From assembly GCA_026023565.1 (NCBI GenBank), contig JAPETS010000008.1, positions 62,001 through 126,000 of the forward strand: a stretch of DNA of 64,000 nt. Reading direction: 5' to 3'. The notes below the pieces were generated by a model, which saw only the letters and a list, made by a program, of their open reading frames with translations, ran no database searches and was not told the DNA's origin. Both the position numbers and the translations under genes were made by a program. Shown here piece by piece: positions 13,423 through 26,536 of the stretch (within the stretch, counting starts at the first letter, position 1; each line of letters starts with the position of its first letter). This stretch comes from Cirrosporium novae-zelandiae. Lineage: Eukaryota.

Positions 13423-14267
13423 GACCGCGAATAGATGCAGTAATGAGAGAAATGTAGATAGAAATTAGTAAATGAAGAAAAGAATAACCAAAGGGGTTGA
13501 AGCTGGTAGTGATGTGATATTCACTAGGTACAGTATAGAGACGGAGAGAGGTTGTTCAGCTTGCGAAGGCGAAGTTCGGATGAACCTTAAGACTAAGGTA
13601 TCTATCCTATGATATCTCTACAACGTACAGAGGTACCACAGCACGAATAATATCGTGACAGAAAAGCACATAGGGGAAGTACTCTTCCAACCAATGTTAT
13701 GCTTTTCTTGGGGTATTAATTGGAGAAATAAGACAATCGACTAATTATTCCTTGTCCCCCAACACCGCTATTTACTTCTCCCGTCCTCCCCTGATAGGTG
13801 GTAGAGAATAGCATGCTCCATAATTACCGTGCCCAAAGTGTATATATACACAGGACCTACTTGGACAATAAATTCAATGTTACAAAATGGTCAAGATTCA
13901 GTACCATAAAATATCCTTCTGCAAGAGAATCCTCATACAATAGAGGTCTTCTCGCACGCAGTTTTAATTAATTCATTTGACCTTTAAGCTGAAAGGTAGA
14001 GGCATCGCCTAACGACTCCCATAGTAATTTTTTCCCCTTATTCCACCATGACCAAGATGAGACCCACCCATTTGAATGCTGATATTCAAAAGAACTTCAA
14101 AATGGCCCTCAAGACCTGAAACCCTCATAAGCATGACCGTGGACGATAGATGAGCCTGTGCTGCTCAGATATCTCATATTCTTACACTCCGTGGATGAAC
14201 CCCTCGCCTTAGATGCCGGCAACTGTAATATAAAGAAAACCTGGTTGTAAGAACAATTACATTAAAT

Positions 14268-15716
14268 TTAGTATCGTGTCCTCTCGAGGACTCTTTCTAG
14301 TCGTTCCCCAAATTCTCTTGTTAAGCCTGCTGCAGCCCACAAGTCTTCAGGGATATCCTGTCGGAATGCAATGTGATCGAGGATCTCATGCATATGATCA
14401 TATTCTGCATTAACATCTCGGCTATCTTGTCTCTGACGTCTCAGTTGACTTCGAAGTCTACCAGAACGCATTTGCGATATCAGTTGAGTCTGGCTAATTT
14501 CTACCGAAGGCCGGGAATCAAACAGGTAATCCAAAATATCTGAGCTGGAATCGGTGCTTTCAGCATCGGAGTCTGAGGAGTTGCTAGAAGTATCAGATAC
14601 GTCGCAATTATGAAATGGTGATAGAAGTTCGTTGGTGCTTGTGGGCGCTGTAGAAGTATTCCGAGATAATGATCGAGAGGGGTTGGTGGATGGAAATGAG
14701 GCTGCGGCAGAAGTGAATGAGGAGTCAGCGCTGGGCAGATTGGCGTCCGGGGTTATGGTCGTAAGAAGGGTGTCCCAATTATCATCAGGGCTGCGTTCAC
14801 GATCGCCAAGACCATCTATTACAGGCCGGGAAAATGAATTTTGGGCTGTGAGTGCGAGAACATCACCATCGGTAATACGACGACTGGCCATGCGGCGAAG
14901 AGGTGGCAGTTGGCGAAGTGAATTATCCAGGTCGGCAGGGTTATCATTCCGAGAAGAGTCGCCCCTTGAAGTAGACGGAATTGGCTCAGGACTATGCTCT
15001 AGAGGGAACGCAGGAGCAAATCTAGGTGTTAGATGTGCAGTTGGCCCGGCAAGACCTGAGAATGAGACGGGAACTCTGACAATGGGGGTTCGTCTGTGAG
15101 TAGAACTTTCGCTTTGAGAGTGTGGAGGGCTTGGGATATAGGACTGATGCAATGGATGATGAGGTCTGGGACCATTTATCTCATCTCTCCGTCTTCTAGT
15201 TTCATGGTCTTGTCGGTTATCTGTTGATGAAGACGCATTATCAAAAGGAGATAACGAAGATACTCTTATTCGCCTCAGCCTGTTTGTTGGTGCTTCAAAA
15301 TTAAAAGACTCTCTGAGAACAGCACGTCCATGTTCTAGGAGTCGTCTATCCTCCTCATCTTGAGCAGTCTCTGTTCTATTCAAGTTCCTGTCATTAGAGC
15401 GTATAAGTTCCAGGATTGTTCTCGAGGGTGATCTAGAAGATGAGCGTGGACGAGAGCTAGAACCCGGTATTCGAGGGTATTCTCGTATTCGCGGATGTCG
15501 AGCGGAGCGAGAGCGACGAATTGAAGAACGTGCTGAGATGGTTGGGTCGATGTTGGCGGTGCGTTTGTTATTGGTATGGTCGCCTTCGCGAAAGAGTCTA
15601 CAGTAAGGATGAAGCGAATCAGTAATCAGCTATTGGTTTTGCGCGCGCCGTTCAACACGCGAGGCCGGCGAAACAGGTAAAAACACAAACACAGGGATAG
15701 CTTACGGTAATCCCAT
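14268..15716 (-). CDS. Conserved-looking Pezizomycotina hypothetical Ser/Arg-rich protein; 11-nt first exon (15716-15706), intron 15705-15598
   Basis: ATG GGA TTA CC|GTAAGC ... TAG|A CTC TTT CGC gives MGLPLFREGD. Motifs DGLGDRERSPD..WDTLLTTITPDANLPSADSSFTS and DIPEDLWAAAGL are typical of a fungal hypothetical family. Confidence 0.8.
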
Positions 15717-16298
15717 TTTGATTATTGGCGCAGTAGAACAACCGAAACTTTAGAGAGGTAATAAGGTAGTGAATGTCGCGTAGGAAGTAGCTGGGAAAAA
15801 TTAAAAAGACGTTGATGAAATTTTTATGATTATTCTGATGAATTTTGAGATATGGAATATGGGGGGGGGGGGTGGTAAGGAGATCTTGAAGTTGGGTGAA
15901 GGAAGCTATGACATTTGAAGGTGGAACTGAGGAATTAGGCAAAGGGCAAAGGGCAAAGGGGATGGTGATGGGAGGCGCTGGAGGAGTTTTGGACTGGACT
16001 GGGGCCGTGAGAGCCTGAGGCTTATTTTGCAGAGTGGCACGGGTGGCACGGGTGAATTACTTAATTAGTACCACCAAGCGAGGCGCTACTGTAGCAGTGG
16101 AGAAATCATAAACTCGGAGATCGGAGTTTGATGAAAACTAAAAGCTTAAATCACTTTAGAGACAATGGATGATTCTTGTGAGTCAATGACACAATAGGCC
16201 CCAATGGCATAATGGCACAATGACTATTGATACTAATCTACTGACCTTTTCTACAGTATCTGCCTACAACAAATAACTCTTCCAATGCCACTCCAATC

Positions 16299-17555
16299 AT
16301 GCCTTCTACAATAGAACTTGGCCTTGGTCGAATCTCCCGCCTCTTACAAGATACTACTCTGACTTGGAAACCCATACATGTCGCTGGTACAAATGGCAAA
16401 GGTTCAATCTGTGCTTCCATATCCGCCGCTCTTCATGCTGCTGGAATTCGTGTTGGCACATTTACCTCTCCCCACCTTCTCGACAGATGGGATTGTATTT
16501 CAATTGCTGGACAATCGATCAAAGAAAGTCTCTTCCTCGACCTTGAAGCCAAAGTCAAAGCCCGCGATAAGGGACAAAAGATAGATGCAACAAATTTTGA
16601 GCTGCTTACGGCAACAGCCTTTGAAGCATTTAATCAGGAAAAAGTGGATGTGGGAGTTATTGAGGTCGGTCTTGGTGGACGGCTAGATGCCACCAACATA
16701 TTGAAAAATCCACTTGTCACAATACTGGCCAAAATTGGGATGGACCATCAGTCTTTCTTAGGCTCGACACTGAAGGAAATTGCTTACCAGAAAGCTGGGA
16801 TAATGAAACCAGGCGTAACTTGTGTATATGATGGTACCAATGATGCAGAGGCTATCAATGTCTTCAAAGAATATGCAAAAGAAATCAAGGCAGGTCCATT
16901 AAAAGGTGTATCGTTACCAGACCCTTCAAAAGTTACAGAATTACCTCTTCATAATACCTCGCATATGGATAATATTCCTCCTCATCAGCGAGTAAATGTA
17001 TCATGTTCTCTTGAGGCCTTGCGTGTGGTATTTCCACAACTAGGGATCCATGAGACTCCTGAGAGTTTCCTTCCACTCATGACAAAAACGAGACTCCCCG
17101 GACGCCTTCAACAAATGAGTATTGAACCATTAACTGGCTTCAGGGGGAAAGTTTTGCTCGATGGTGCTCATAATCCACAGTCTGCTACAGTCCTCGCGAA
17201 TTATGTCAATGAAAGCATGCGTGAAAATAATAGTGGTATTACTTGGGTTCTAGCCGCAACACAGGGAAAGGATGTGAGAAGTATTTTCCCCATAATACTC
17301 AAAGAGAAGGATAACGTTGTTGCTGTGGAATTTGGCCCCGTGGCTGGGATGCCATGGATAAAGCCTATCGCTGGGAAAATACTAGTTGATGAAGCAATGA
17401 CGATATGCATAAACGGAGAATTAAGAAATGGCAAGAAAAATGTGCTAGATGGTTTACAAATGGCATCTGATATTGCACAGGATGGTCCAGTTGTAATAGC
17501 TGGGAGCTTATACTTGGTATCTGATGTTCTTAAACTTGTACGAGATTCTAACTAA
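16299..17555 (+). CDS. FOL3: Dihydrofolate synthase / FolC family; possible upstream micro-exon 16169-16177
   Basis: IELGLGRISRLL, IHVAGTNGKGS P-loop, FTSPHL, IEVGLGGRLDATN, LLDGAHNPQSA, IAGSLYLVSD. Confidence 0.93.
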   Translation: MPSTIELGLGRISRLLQDTTLTWKPIHVAGTNGKGSICASISAALHAAGIRVGTFTSPHLLDRWDCISIAGQSIKESLFLDLEAKVKARDKGQKIDATNFELLTATAFEAFNQEKVDVGVIEVGLGGRLDATNILKNPLVTILAKIGMDHQSFLGSTLKEIAYQKAGIMKPGVTCVYDGTNDAEAINVFKEYAKEIKAGPLKGVSLPDPSKVTELPLHNTSHMDNIPPHQRVNVSCSLEALRVVFPQLGIHETPESFLPLMTKTRLPGRLQQMSIEPLTGFRGKVLLDGAHNPQSATVLANYVNESMRENNSGITWVLAATQGKDVRSIFPIILKEKDNVVAVEFGPVAGMPWIKPIAGKILVDEAMTICINGELRNGKKNVLDGLQMASDIAQDGPVVIAGSLYLVSDVLKLVRDSN

Positions 17556-17780
17556 GGTACTGTGCATGTGCTGTGCATGTACTGTACATGTAAATAAAGG
17601 GAATAGAAAGTATGTTGTATCCCATAATTAATTGTACATGTACTACATGTACTTGTGCAGTACAGAGTGCAGTAAAGTAAATGCGTGTGTACTACAAGTC
17701 ACCAAATATACCATGTGGGTGGAAGTAAATACATGTATAATGTACATGTACATATACACAATGTACTGACTGTACGCAGA
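17555..17780. repeat. Cluster of TACATGTA/GTAC/TGCA palindromic words
   Basis: Repeated gtacatgta, tacatgtac, tgtgcatgt words between the FOL3 stop and the sepH promoter. Confidence 0.7.
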
Positions 17781-18302
17781 GTCGAGGGATGCTTTGTTTG
17801 CGCCCGGGTCCAAACTCCCCGACTCCGATCCAATAATCCCTGTTCACTTTGTTGAACCTGAAAAACAGATCGACAAATGGCACTTGCAGCTGTGTTACTC
17901 AATTCAAAGCTATCTAAAATCGAAAATTAATAGATACCCAAGCTGATCAAGGTACATTAGGCATAATTTTGCTATCGTATTTTTCGATAAAGAAACCATA
18001 ACCCCCCTCAAACCTACCTGAGTGTTGTGGACGCTGTGACAATTTCAAAGTCCGCTCCTTGCTTGATATCTCTAACTCTCGGTTCCCCCGTTTCCAGCTA
18101 AAGATACTCAGCTCGCCTGCCTCATCCATGACCAAACAAGGATCTTTATTACATATAGCAGCATAACATTACCTTCCCCGCGCCTTTAAAGGCCAATACG
18201 AATCCCTCATCGTCGTGAAATGAAGCAGTCAACGCCTTGCTCATCTCCTTCTTCTGAGATACCTATCGCCTGCTCCCGGACCTCCATCCTTCCTTTACCA
18301 TC

Positions 18303-21300
18303 ATGGTGAATCGGGCACCTCCCTCTTTAGAGGCTTCGAGGAGTAGCTTTCAGAACAATGAGATGCCAAACAAAAATGGTCAACCGCAAATGGCTCTAAG
18401 TCCTACGAAAAGGCAGCCAAGGTATACCAAGTCAACTGCTCAAGATGTTGCCGAGCTGAAGGACTACGTACGTTTCAGAGATCCTTAGGCCCGGAGAAAC
18501 GACTAATGGAAAATGGATTAGCAATTGGGCGACTGCCTGGGGAAGGGAGCATTTGGATCCGTATATCGAGCGTTGAACATGGGAACTGGAGAAACCGTAG
18601 CGGTGAAACAGATCAGACTTGCTGATCTTCCCAAGAGTGAGCTTCGAGTTATTATGGTATGATTGCTACACCACCGGTTATTCTATTTAATAGCTAACTG
18701 CTTTGTTTGCAGCTCGAAATCGACCTTCTCAAAAACCTCGATGTAGGTTTTCTCCAAGTCCTTTTTTCCTGCTCCGCCTGATCATCCTTAGCATCCAAAC
18801 ATCGTGAAATACCATGGGTTTGTCAAGTCTCCAGAAACCTTGAACATTATATTGGAGTGAGTGGGTCTACTCTGGCAGGAAGTCCCGGCTGACTGGAAAA
18901 GATATTGCGAGAATGGGTCACTACATTCGATTTCAAAGAATTTTGGGAAATTTCCTGAGAATCTCGTCGGCCTTTATATGTCTCAAGTTCTTCATGGGCT
19001 TCTGTATCTCCATGAACAGGGTGTTATACATCGAGATATAAAGGGCGCTAATATTCTCACCACCAAACAAGGTCTAGTCAAGCTGGCTGATTTTGGGGTT
19101 GCCAGCAGAACGACGGGGCTGCACGAGTCGACAGTAGTTGGTACGCCATACTGGATGGCACCGGAAGTTATTGAACTTTCTGGCGCTACAACTGCTTCAG
19201 ATATATGGAGTCTTGGTTGTACGGTGATTGAACTTTTGGATGGCAAACCACCATATCACAAGTTACAACCCATGCCTGCTCTGTTCCGAATTGTTAATGA
19301 TGACCATCCTCCACTCCCTGAGGGTGCCTCTCCCGTAGGTTATTGATTGTTCTAGCTCCTATAAGTAATGTGCTCACCATGTCCAGGCTGTACGTGATTT
19401 TTTGATGCAATGCTTTCAGAAAGATCCAAATCTCAGAGTCTCTGCAAGGAGGTTGCTTAAACATCCTTGGATAGTCAATGCCCGACGGACAGATTCAAGC
19501 GTCCCCAAAAAACCAACTCAATATGAAGAAGCCGTGAAGAGTGTACAGCAATGGAATGAAGCTCTAAGGTCTCCTGATGCAAGCTCCGCGAGAAAATCTC
19601 GCCCCAAATCTTCAAGTCCAGTCCCAAGCCGAAAGGACACTACAAAGAACCTAATGGCCCCTGCTCCTAAGATGCCTCTATCCATTGTCAAACCGCAGGC
19701 AGTAACTGACAAGTATAGATCCCCTGAGGGAGAAACGGATGACAATTGGGATGATGATTTTGTTACCGCAATCTCTCCAAGTGCTTTGCAGCTCCCTCAT
19801 CTGAGACCGCATGACAACTTTGGAGGATTGTTGTCCTCGGAGAAACTGAAAGCTTTTGCCTCGTTCGAAAGCATCACTGGACAGGATAACTTGGAAGCTG
19901 ATTTAGGCGCCGACTTCAACATCAGAAATCCAAATCCCAAACTACGAAAGGAGTCTGATCCTCTTCGAACCATTCGGCCTGCACCAAAGATTGCACAGAC
20001 AAAGGAAGCAAAGCCAAAAACACCTTCACGCTCAGGGCAACGCAAACCGTCGCTACCTGCCAACGCAGCAGGGCTTGGACCTCTCAAGGAAGAGCCTGGC
20101 ATTCTACAGACCAACCTTGCTCCGGCCTCACGACCGACGATTAAGTATAGGGAAAATTCCTTTGATGATTATTCAGACCTTATTGAAGCTAATGACTCTA
20201 TAATTGAAAGCAAACTCCACTTGATCAAAGTAAGCACGCTTTATCACACTCTAGGATTTGATTCCTGACGTTTACATAGAGCAATACGCCGCCCCTGAAT
20301 GCTGGAACTCCACCCCCTGCCAATAAAATACAGCTTAAACCTGCCTTAAAATTAGGGGGCAGCTTACGGAAGCAGCCTTTATCTCAAAGGCAACCTTCAA
20401 TGCGGCGTACCAGATCGTCAATCTCAATTCAGAAATTTGCCGAGGACGAACAAGATGAAGATTTCTCTGATATCTTTGGCCCTGGGGAGAACGTCTTGAG
20501 CAAACCTGACAGCGATGATGGCTCTGACCGAAGTACTTTGATGTTGAACTCTAAGCTTTCCAACCAGTCATGGCTTGGCGATGAAGACGACGAAGACGAC
20601 CCGTTTGCCCAACTGGAGGAAGGTTTTGATGAGCAAGGCTTAGAAGCAAACATTGCTCGAGATAAATATGCACGGCTTTGCACTCAAGTTGAGAGTCTTG
20701 TGGACTCTTTAAAAATCTCTCAGACCGAAGAAGCACTCGCAGATATCTCTGAACAATTGATGGATGTCCTCGTCGAGTCTCCAGGTGTAAAGAACGTCAT
20801 TGTGGGTGCACACGGAATGCTGCCAATGCTAGAAATATTAGACAGCTGTCGACGAAGGGATGTCATATTACCCCTATTGCGAATTGTCAACGAAGTAAGT
20901 ATATTATAGACTTTCAAAAATTCCTTCCAACTAACTTTTCAAAGATCAGCTTCCAGGATGTTGAAATCCAGGAGAACCTCTGCTTTGTTGGTGGCATTCC
21001 AATTATCAATAAATTTGCGTCCCGAAAATACCCACGGGAAATTAGATTAGAAGCGGCAGTGTTTGTCCGGCAAATGTTCACCACGTCAACTTTGACATTA
21101 CAGATGCTAGTTAGCGCAGGAGGTCTTAATGTACTAGTTGAATTCCTAGAAGAAGACTTTGAAGATGAGCGTGACCTCGTTCTCATTGGCGTCGACGGAG
21201 TTTGTAGCGTTTTTGAGCTTCAGGTACGCTAGTTTTGTCTAGAATGTTGCACCTACTAATATAAAGCAGGGACCTACACCAAAAAATGATTTCTGTCGCA

Positions 21301-22857
21301 TACTGTCGAGAAATTCGCTTTTGGACCCCCTTTCGTTGGTTTTAAACAGAGTCTTGGATGACGAAGAAGATGAACAAGCCGCTATGTATGAAGGGAGAAT
21401 TGCAAACATATTCCTTTTATTCTCCCAGGCGGAGAATTATGTAAAGGAGCTAGTGGCAGATCGGACGGTTCTTCATCGTACGTTAAGAAATTCTTTACAT
21501 GCAATGTTCACTAATATTCTCTTTAGGTGTGCTCAAAGATTTGAAGCGAATGTCTCCGTCTCATCAAATAACAATGCTGAAGTTCATCAAAAACCTTTCG
21601 ATGTTATCGTCAACGTTAGATACATTGCAAAACTCAAATGCTATCGACATCCTAACCGAGTTGTTAAATACGAGTTTCAGCAAGCCTCAATTCAGAGAAA
21701 TGTCAAATCAAATCTTAAATACGATTTTCAACCTCTGCCGGCTGAGCAAATCGAGACAGGAAGATGCCGCCTTAAATGGTGTCATACCTTTACTACAAAA
21801 GATTGTAAAGACGGAGAGGCCTTTGAAAGAGTTTGCCCTACCAATTCTATGTGACATGGCACACTCAGGTAAAGCCTGCCGAAGAGAATTATGGAGAAAC
21901 AAAGGCTTGAAATTCTATATATCCCTTTTATCCGACCCCTACTGGCAAGTCACTGCCCTTGACGCAATCTCCGTGTGGTATGTAATTAGTCACTCCTCGC
22001 CTTTTATACTATAGCTAACATTGCAAAGGCTTCAAGAGGAAACTGCTAGAGTCGAAGAACAACTTCTAGATGGCACATTCACGGATGCAATTGTTGACTG
22101 TTTCACAACCTCAAAGGCAAATTCATTTGAAAATCTCCTTGAGCCCCTACAGAAACTTCTTCGTTTGAGTCCGCCTGTTGCCTTGAGCCTCGCCAGGCCT
22201 GACCTCTTCCACCGAATTTTGCAGAAATTGCACCATCCTAAGGTAACTATCCGTTTGAACTTGCTTAAGATTGTGCGAAGCATATGTGATGCCAGTGAAG
22301 AGCAAGGCGCGCTGCTGAGGCATTTCGGCATTCTTGACACCATTGAAGACCTGGAGAGAAATGACCCTTCTGTGTTGGTCACAAACATGGCTGGTGAGCT
22401 TGTCAAATCAAGTGAAGATCACCAAGTTCCAAGCAGCGGAAACCGACGGAGGACAATGGCAAGAAGAACAAGCTCTTCGACCACCCCTCCCGGTTTTATA
22501 TCTAACCAATCAGTGCCTTCCACCCCTCATAGCAATCGTTCCTCCATGCAACCGAATTACTATGATTCTAGAGAACATCGCCAGCGAAACGGTGTTGGAA
22601 TCAATGTATCGTTGGGTTACAGGCCGGCTAGCCGTGATGGCGGTGGATCAAATGGAACCCCACTTTCGCTCGCAGGAAATGTTTTACCTGGGAAAAGCAG
22701 GCTGCCCAGAACAAATCGACTGTCAATGCAGCTCGAGAGCCCCCGAAATGGGGAAAATATTACACCAACTGGTAACGGGAGGATGGGGATAGCAGTTGCA
22801 AATGCGAGACGGAGACGACAAGGTAGTACCGGTGGCACGGAATCACGGTGGTCGTGA
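18303..22857 (+). CDS. sepH: Septation-initiation/mitotic-exit kinase SepH (Cdc15 / S. pombe Cdc7 family), about 11 exons, C-terminal ARM-like region
   Basis: [112 protein letters not shown]. Confidence 0.95.
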
Positions 22858-23453
22858 TTAATTTTTATGGTTATCTTCATGTCCTATTCTATTCTACGCT
22901 ACGGATGACTTCATAGGGTCTGAAATATGCATTGCGGGCGCTACCGTTACTTTCTTTTAGAAGAGAAAGAACAAGAGTATGACCATTGCCCATGGCGTTT
23001 TTTTCTTTATGGAATGACTGATTGATGGTATCAGACAAGGTGTTTTAGGTGTCGAGGGATCATATTCGTTTCGCTTGATGTTAACCATGACCTGGATACA
23101 GGGTGCAGGAAATATCTGGCAATTCATGTATGTATCTGAGATTATGACAATTAGTTATGTTCATGCCCATTTCAATTAGCCTCTCTCCCTGTAATATCTT
23201 TTTCTATAGCAACTACCATGTGTTAAATTTAGGTGGTATTAAGTAGGATTTGAGGGGGTTTGGCATCAATGGCCGTGGTGGTTACCGTAGTTATCATTGT
23301 TTGTTTCTCCGCAGCTCCTCCGTCATTTTGCCTCTTGCTATTGTACCGTCGCGATTTTGATAATATAGTCAGACTATTTGCACCTCCTATTATTCGATAA
23401 ACAGTCATATATGCGTCTCCACTCAGCCAATTGATTCATTCTTCTCCGCCAAA

Positions 23454-23850
23454 ATGCCGCCCCGTAACCCCTCCAACTTTAACTTCCGAGTCCGTCTCTC
23501 CAATCTAACTCCCCTCGTCTCAACACGCAGTTAACGCTAGCTTCCAATAGGCCCTTACAATGCCCCTCGCCGCCTTCACCATGGCCGGGGTTCTCTTCCT
23601 CTATGCCCGGACCTCCATCCACGCCGCCAAGCGGAATGCGCAGCGCCATCGTGAGACCGATGGTGGTCAAATCAGCTGGCACAAGGAGAATTTGAGGAGT
23701 CATGGAAAATTGGAGCGGCCGGAAGAACAGGGCGTCGTAGGCGAGTTGTTGAGAGGGAAAGAGAAGAAGGTTGAGAGGGGCGAGGAGAGAAGTCAGGTTG
23801 AGAAGATAGTAGAGGAGAAAAGAAGGGGTGGGAAGGGAGTGGGAGAATGA
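23454..23850 (+). CDS. Small single-pass membrane hypothetical protein (~111 aa); intron 23490-23550
   Basis: MPPRNPSNFNFR|ALTMPLAAFTMAGVLFLYARTSIHAAKRNAQRHRETDGGQISW; in-frame splice with donor GTCCGT and acceptor TAG; one hydrophobic helix. Confidence 0.75.
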
Positions 23851-24276
23851 GGGGATATGGAGGGTTTAGTCTAATTCAAATGCTGGAGTTTGAGAGCAAT
23901 GGCGTTTTTAAGGTCCAAAGGGATTATTTGCTTTGACTATAAAAGTTTTACGAATGGCAAAAATATTCGCAAATCCGATTTTGTACAATAAGGCTCCACG
24001 AAATACCTTGAATTAAACTGCTGTAGTCATCCAGATGTAATTATTGATGCCCAACTTGGTGGTTGTAGTTAGGCTTGATATAATAAGTATACAACTAAGT
24101 TGTGGTATATTATTGAATGTTATCTAGGACTTTCAAAATTATTTTTATTCGTTCTATCAAGTCATGCAGTCTATATCCTAACTGGTGGCTCAAGCTTTTT
24201 CGACATCTAGAATATTTACCTCTACATCAAAACCTCTTTTTGCATCCTAAATTTCAATAAGCATCAACTATTCTAG

Positions 24277-25430
24277 ATGGCTTCCGAGTCGCTATCACAT
24301 CTATCAAATCCATTGGCTACACCAGAACAATTATTGTTCTTATCCCCAGACCTTCAGAAATCAATCTTCAAGTCTGCACTTCTAACGCAGGCGGCTGGTG
24401 TGCTACTGGAGTTGTCCCAAGGAACGATTGCGCATGCAGCCGTGCTGGGATCTAGATATTTAATTAGCTGTTCGGGTGGAGAAAATGAGGATGTAGGATC
24501 GAAACGGATGGATGAATGGGTAGGTTCATGTTTATTTCGATTGGCCTGAGAGCCTGTTCATTATGCAGTAATAGATTATTTTGTCTCTGCTGTGACTAAC
24601 GAGTCGCTTTCTTTTTTCGATATCTATCGATTTAAAATTAATCTTAGAGGTTGAACTCCCTTGAAGAGATCTATGGCATAGGATCTGTTCTCTACAATTT
24701 CTTATAACGCGCTGCTTTTTAGATTCATCATCATTGTGTATATGGGCTCTTTCATAATTCATAACGCTGAAATAAATGACTAACCCTTACTTCCTTGTAG
24801 CAACTATCTCCAGCAGTCGTATATCTAGCAGCAAAGCTGTCTCAGACACCACTTTCTTCTCGGTCTCTCCTCTTGATATACACCTACCTCCTTCGAAACC
24901 CTCCTTCTCCTATCTGGCCAAAACCGACCACAATAGACGAACCAGCGGTGCTACTTCCAGAATCCTCCTACCAGATTCGTAAAGACGAGTTATATGAAGA
25001 CGAGAAGACGGTCCTACAAACGATAGGGTTTCAAACGAGCTTCTCCAATCCAATGCTACTTGCTTTGACCTATCTGAGCACAATATTCACTCCCAGTGGA
25101 GGAGACAACGAGAAGATTGTTGCACGGAAAGTAGTAGAGCTACTTAATGATGGACTACTATCTCCGCAAGTTCTATATTTAACCCACCAGCCGAATGTTC
25201 TTGCTTGTGCTGCAATCTATCTAGCAGCGAGAGAGGTCGAAGTTAAGTTACCGGAAGTTGGTGGAGATGCAAATGGTGATGAAGGAGTAGAAGCAGCAGA
25301 GGGAGGCTGGTGGCAGGTGTTTGATGTGAGTAGGGAAGAGTTAGGGTTTGTAGTGCTAGGGCTACGGAGCTTAGGTGGATGGGTGGAGGATGTCATGAAA
25401 GAGGAAGTGGAGAGCAGGCATAATTACTAG
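24277..25430 (+). CDS. Cyclin-fold protein (cyclin L-like); intron from ~24520 (or 24493) to 24800
   Basis: HLSNPLATPEQL, LTQAAGVLLELSQ, YLAAKLS, EKTVLQTIGF, LLNDGLLSPQVLYLTHQPNVLACAAIYLAARE and WWQVFDVSREELGF cyclin-box motifs. Confidence 0.8.
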
Positions 25431-26409
25431 AAAGTAGGATATCTGTTCCATGGGGGAGGTGACAAAATTAAGAAGATCTTCTCCTGATGATCTCTTGGCG
25501 ACTTGTACAGACTCTTATGAATAAGGCCCCATGGAGAAAGAAAGCTTGGGATCGAAAGAGGAAGAAAATCAGGTTCTATACCCTAATCACGTGAAGAGGA
25601 AGATGCGGTGGCAAAAGTAAAAAGGCATTCTCGGTAGATATCAGGCCAAAAGTCATTTTGCATTTTGACCTGTCTTGTTCATTATTCAGTGATTGATTAC
25701 TACTCGTCAATTGATTGATTCATGGGGTTTCCTTTGTGATTTTCTATTCGGTTAATTAATTAATTACTCAACAAGAATTATTACGGCATGACGGTAATAA
25801 ACCCAAGGCAAAAGAGGACTAGTGGTCCCAAATTTATTCCACACTAGTGCAGTTTAGGTGTGGGGCAAACAGCCCGTACTCCTCCATTCAACTTCCTTTG
25901 TCAAAGTGGAGATGCCAGTCCTTTCAACTCGGTTCACTCTTAAGCCTCTGTTAGGCCACTGTAGGTCAGGTAGGTCTCTCCACCCTCCTGCCCACTTACG
26001 AATACCATACACCATCTCTCTCAACACCAGGAGGCCTTTAATATTTCCATCTCCCTGATAATTTATTATCAAGACCATTTATTGCTGGGCATGAGTCTGG
26101 ATTATTATTAACACCTGGGGCGGAGTTTGCATAACTGACTCCCCAAAGATAAAAGAAATACCCTGAATATTAAGTTGCATCGTGGGTTGCACCAAAATCT
26201 CCGTTTCGGGGAATTGCATCCTTTGATTTCTCATCACGCCCCCCCCCCCCCGACAAAGCCTGATCATTGTCAGCGTCCACCTCCACCACCAGCTTCATCT
26301 GTATCAATTGCACCATTGATTCCATCAGTTGTGGATTTTGGAAGCCTGTCGAGAGCAGTCGTCGGCCTGCTACAAAACGACCGAGTCCTTTACTCGTCGC
26401 TCCATCGCA

Positions 26410-26489
26410 ATGTCAAGTTACCACGCCCGTCGAGGGCCTAACGTCTCTCAATACATCAATAATTTGAATATGCCTGAAGAGTTCGATAT

Positions 26490-26536
<47 letters not shown>

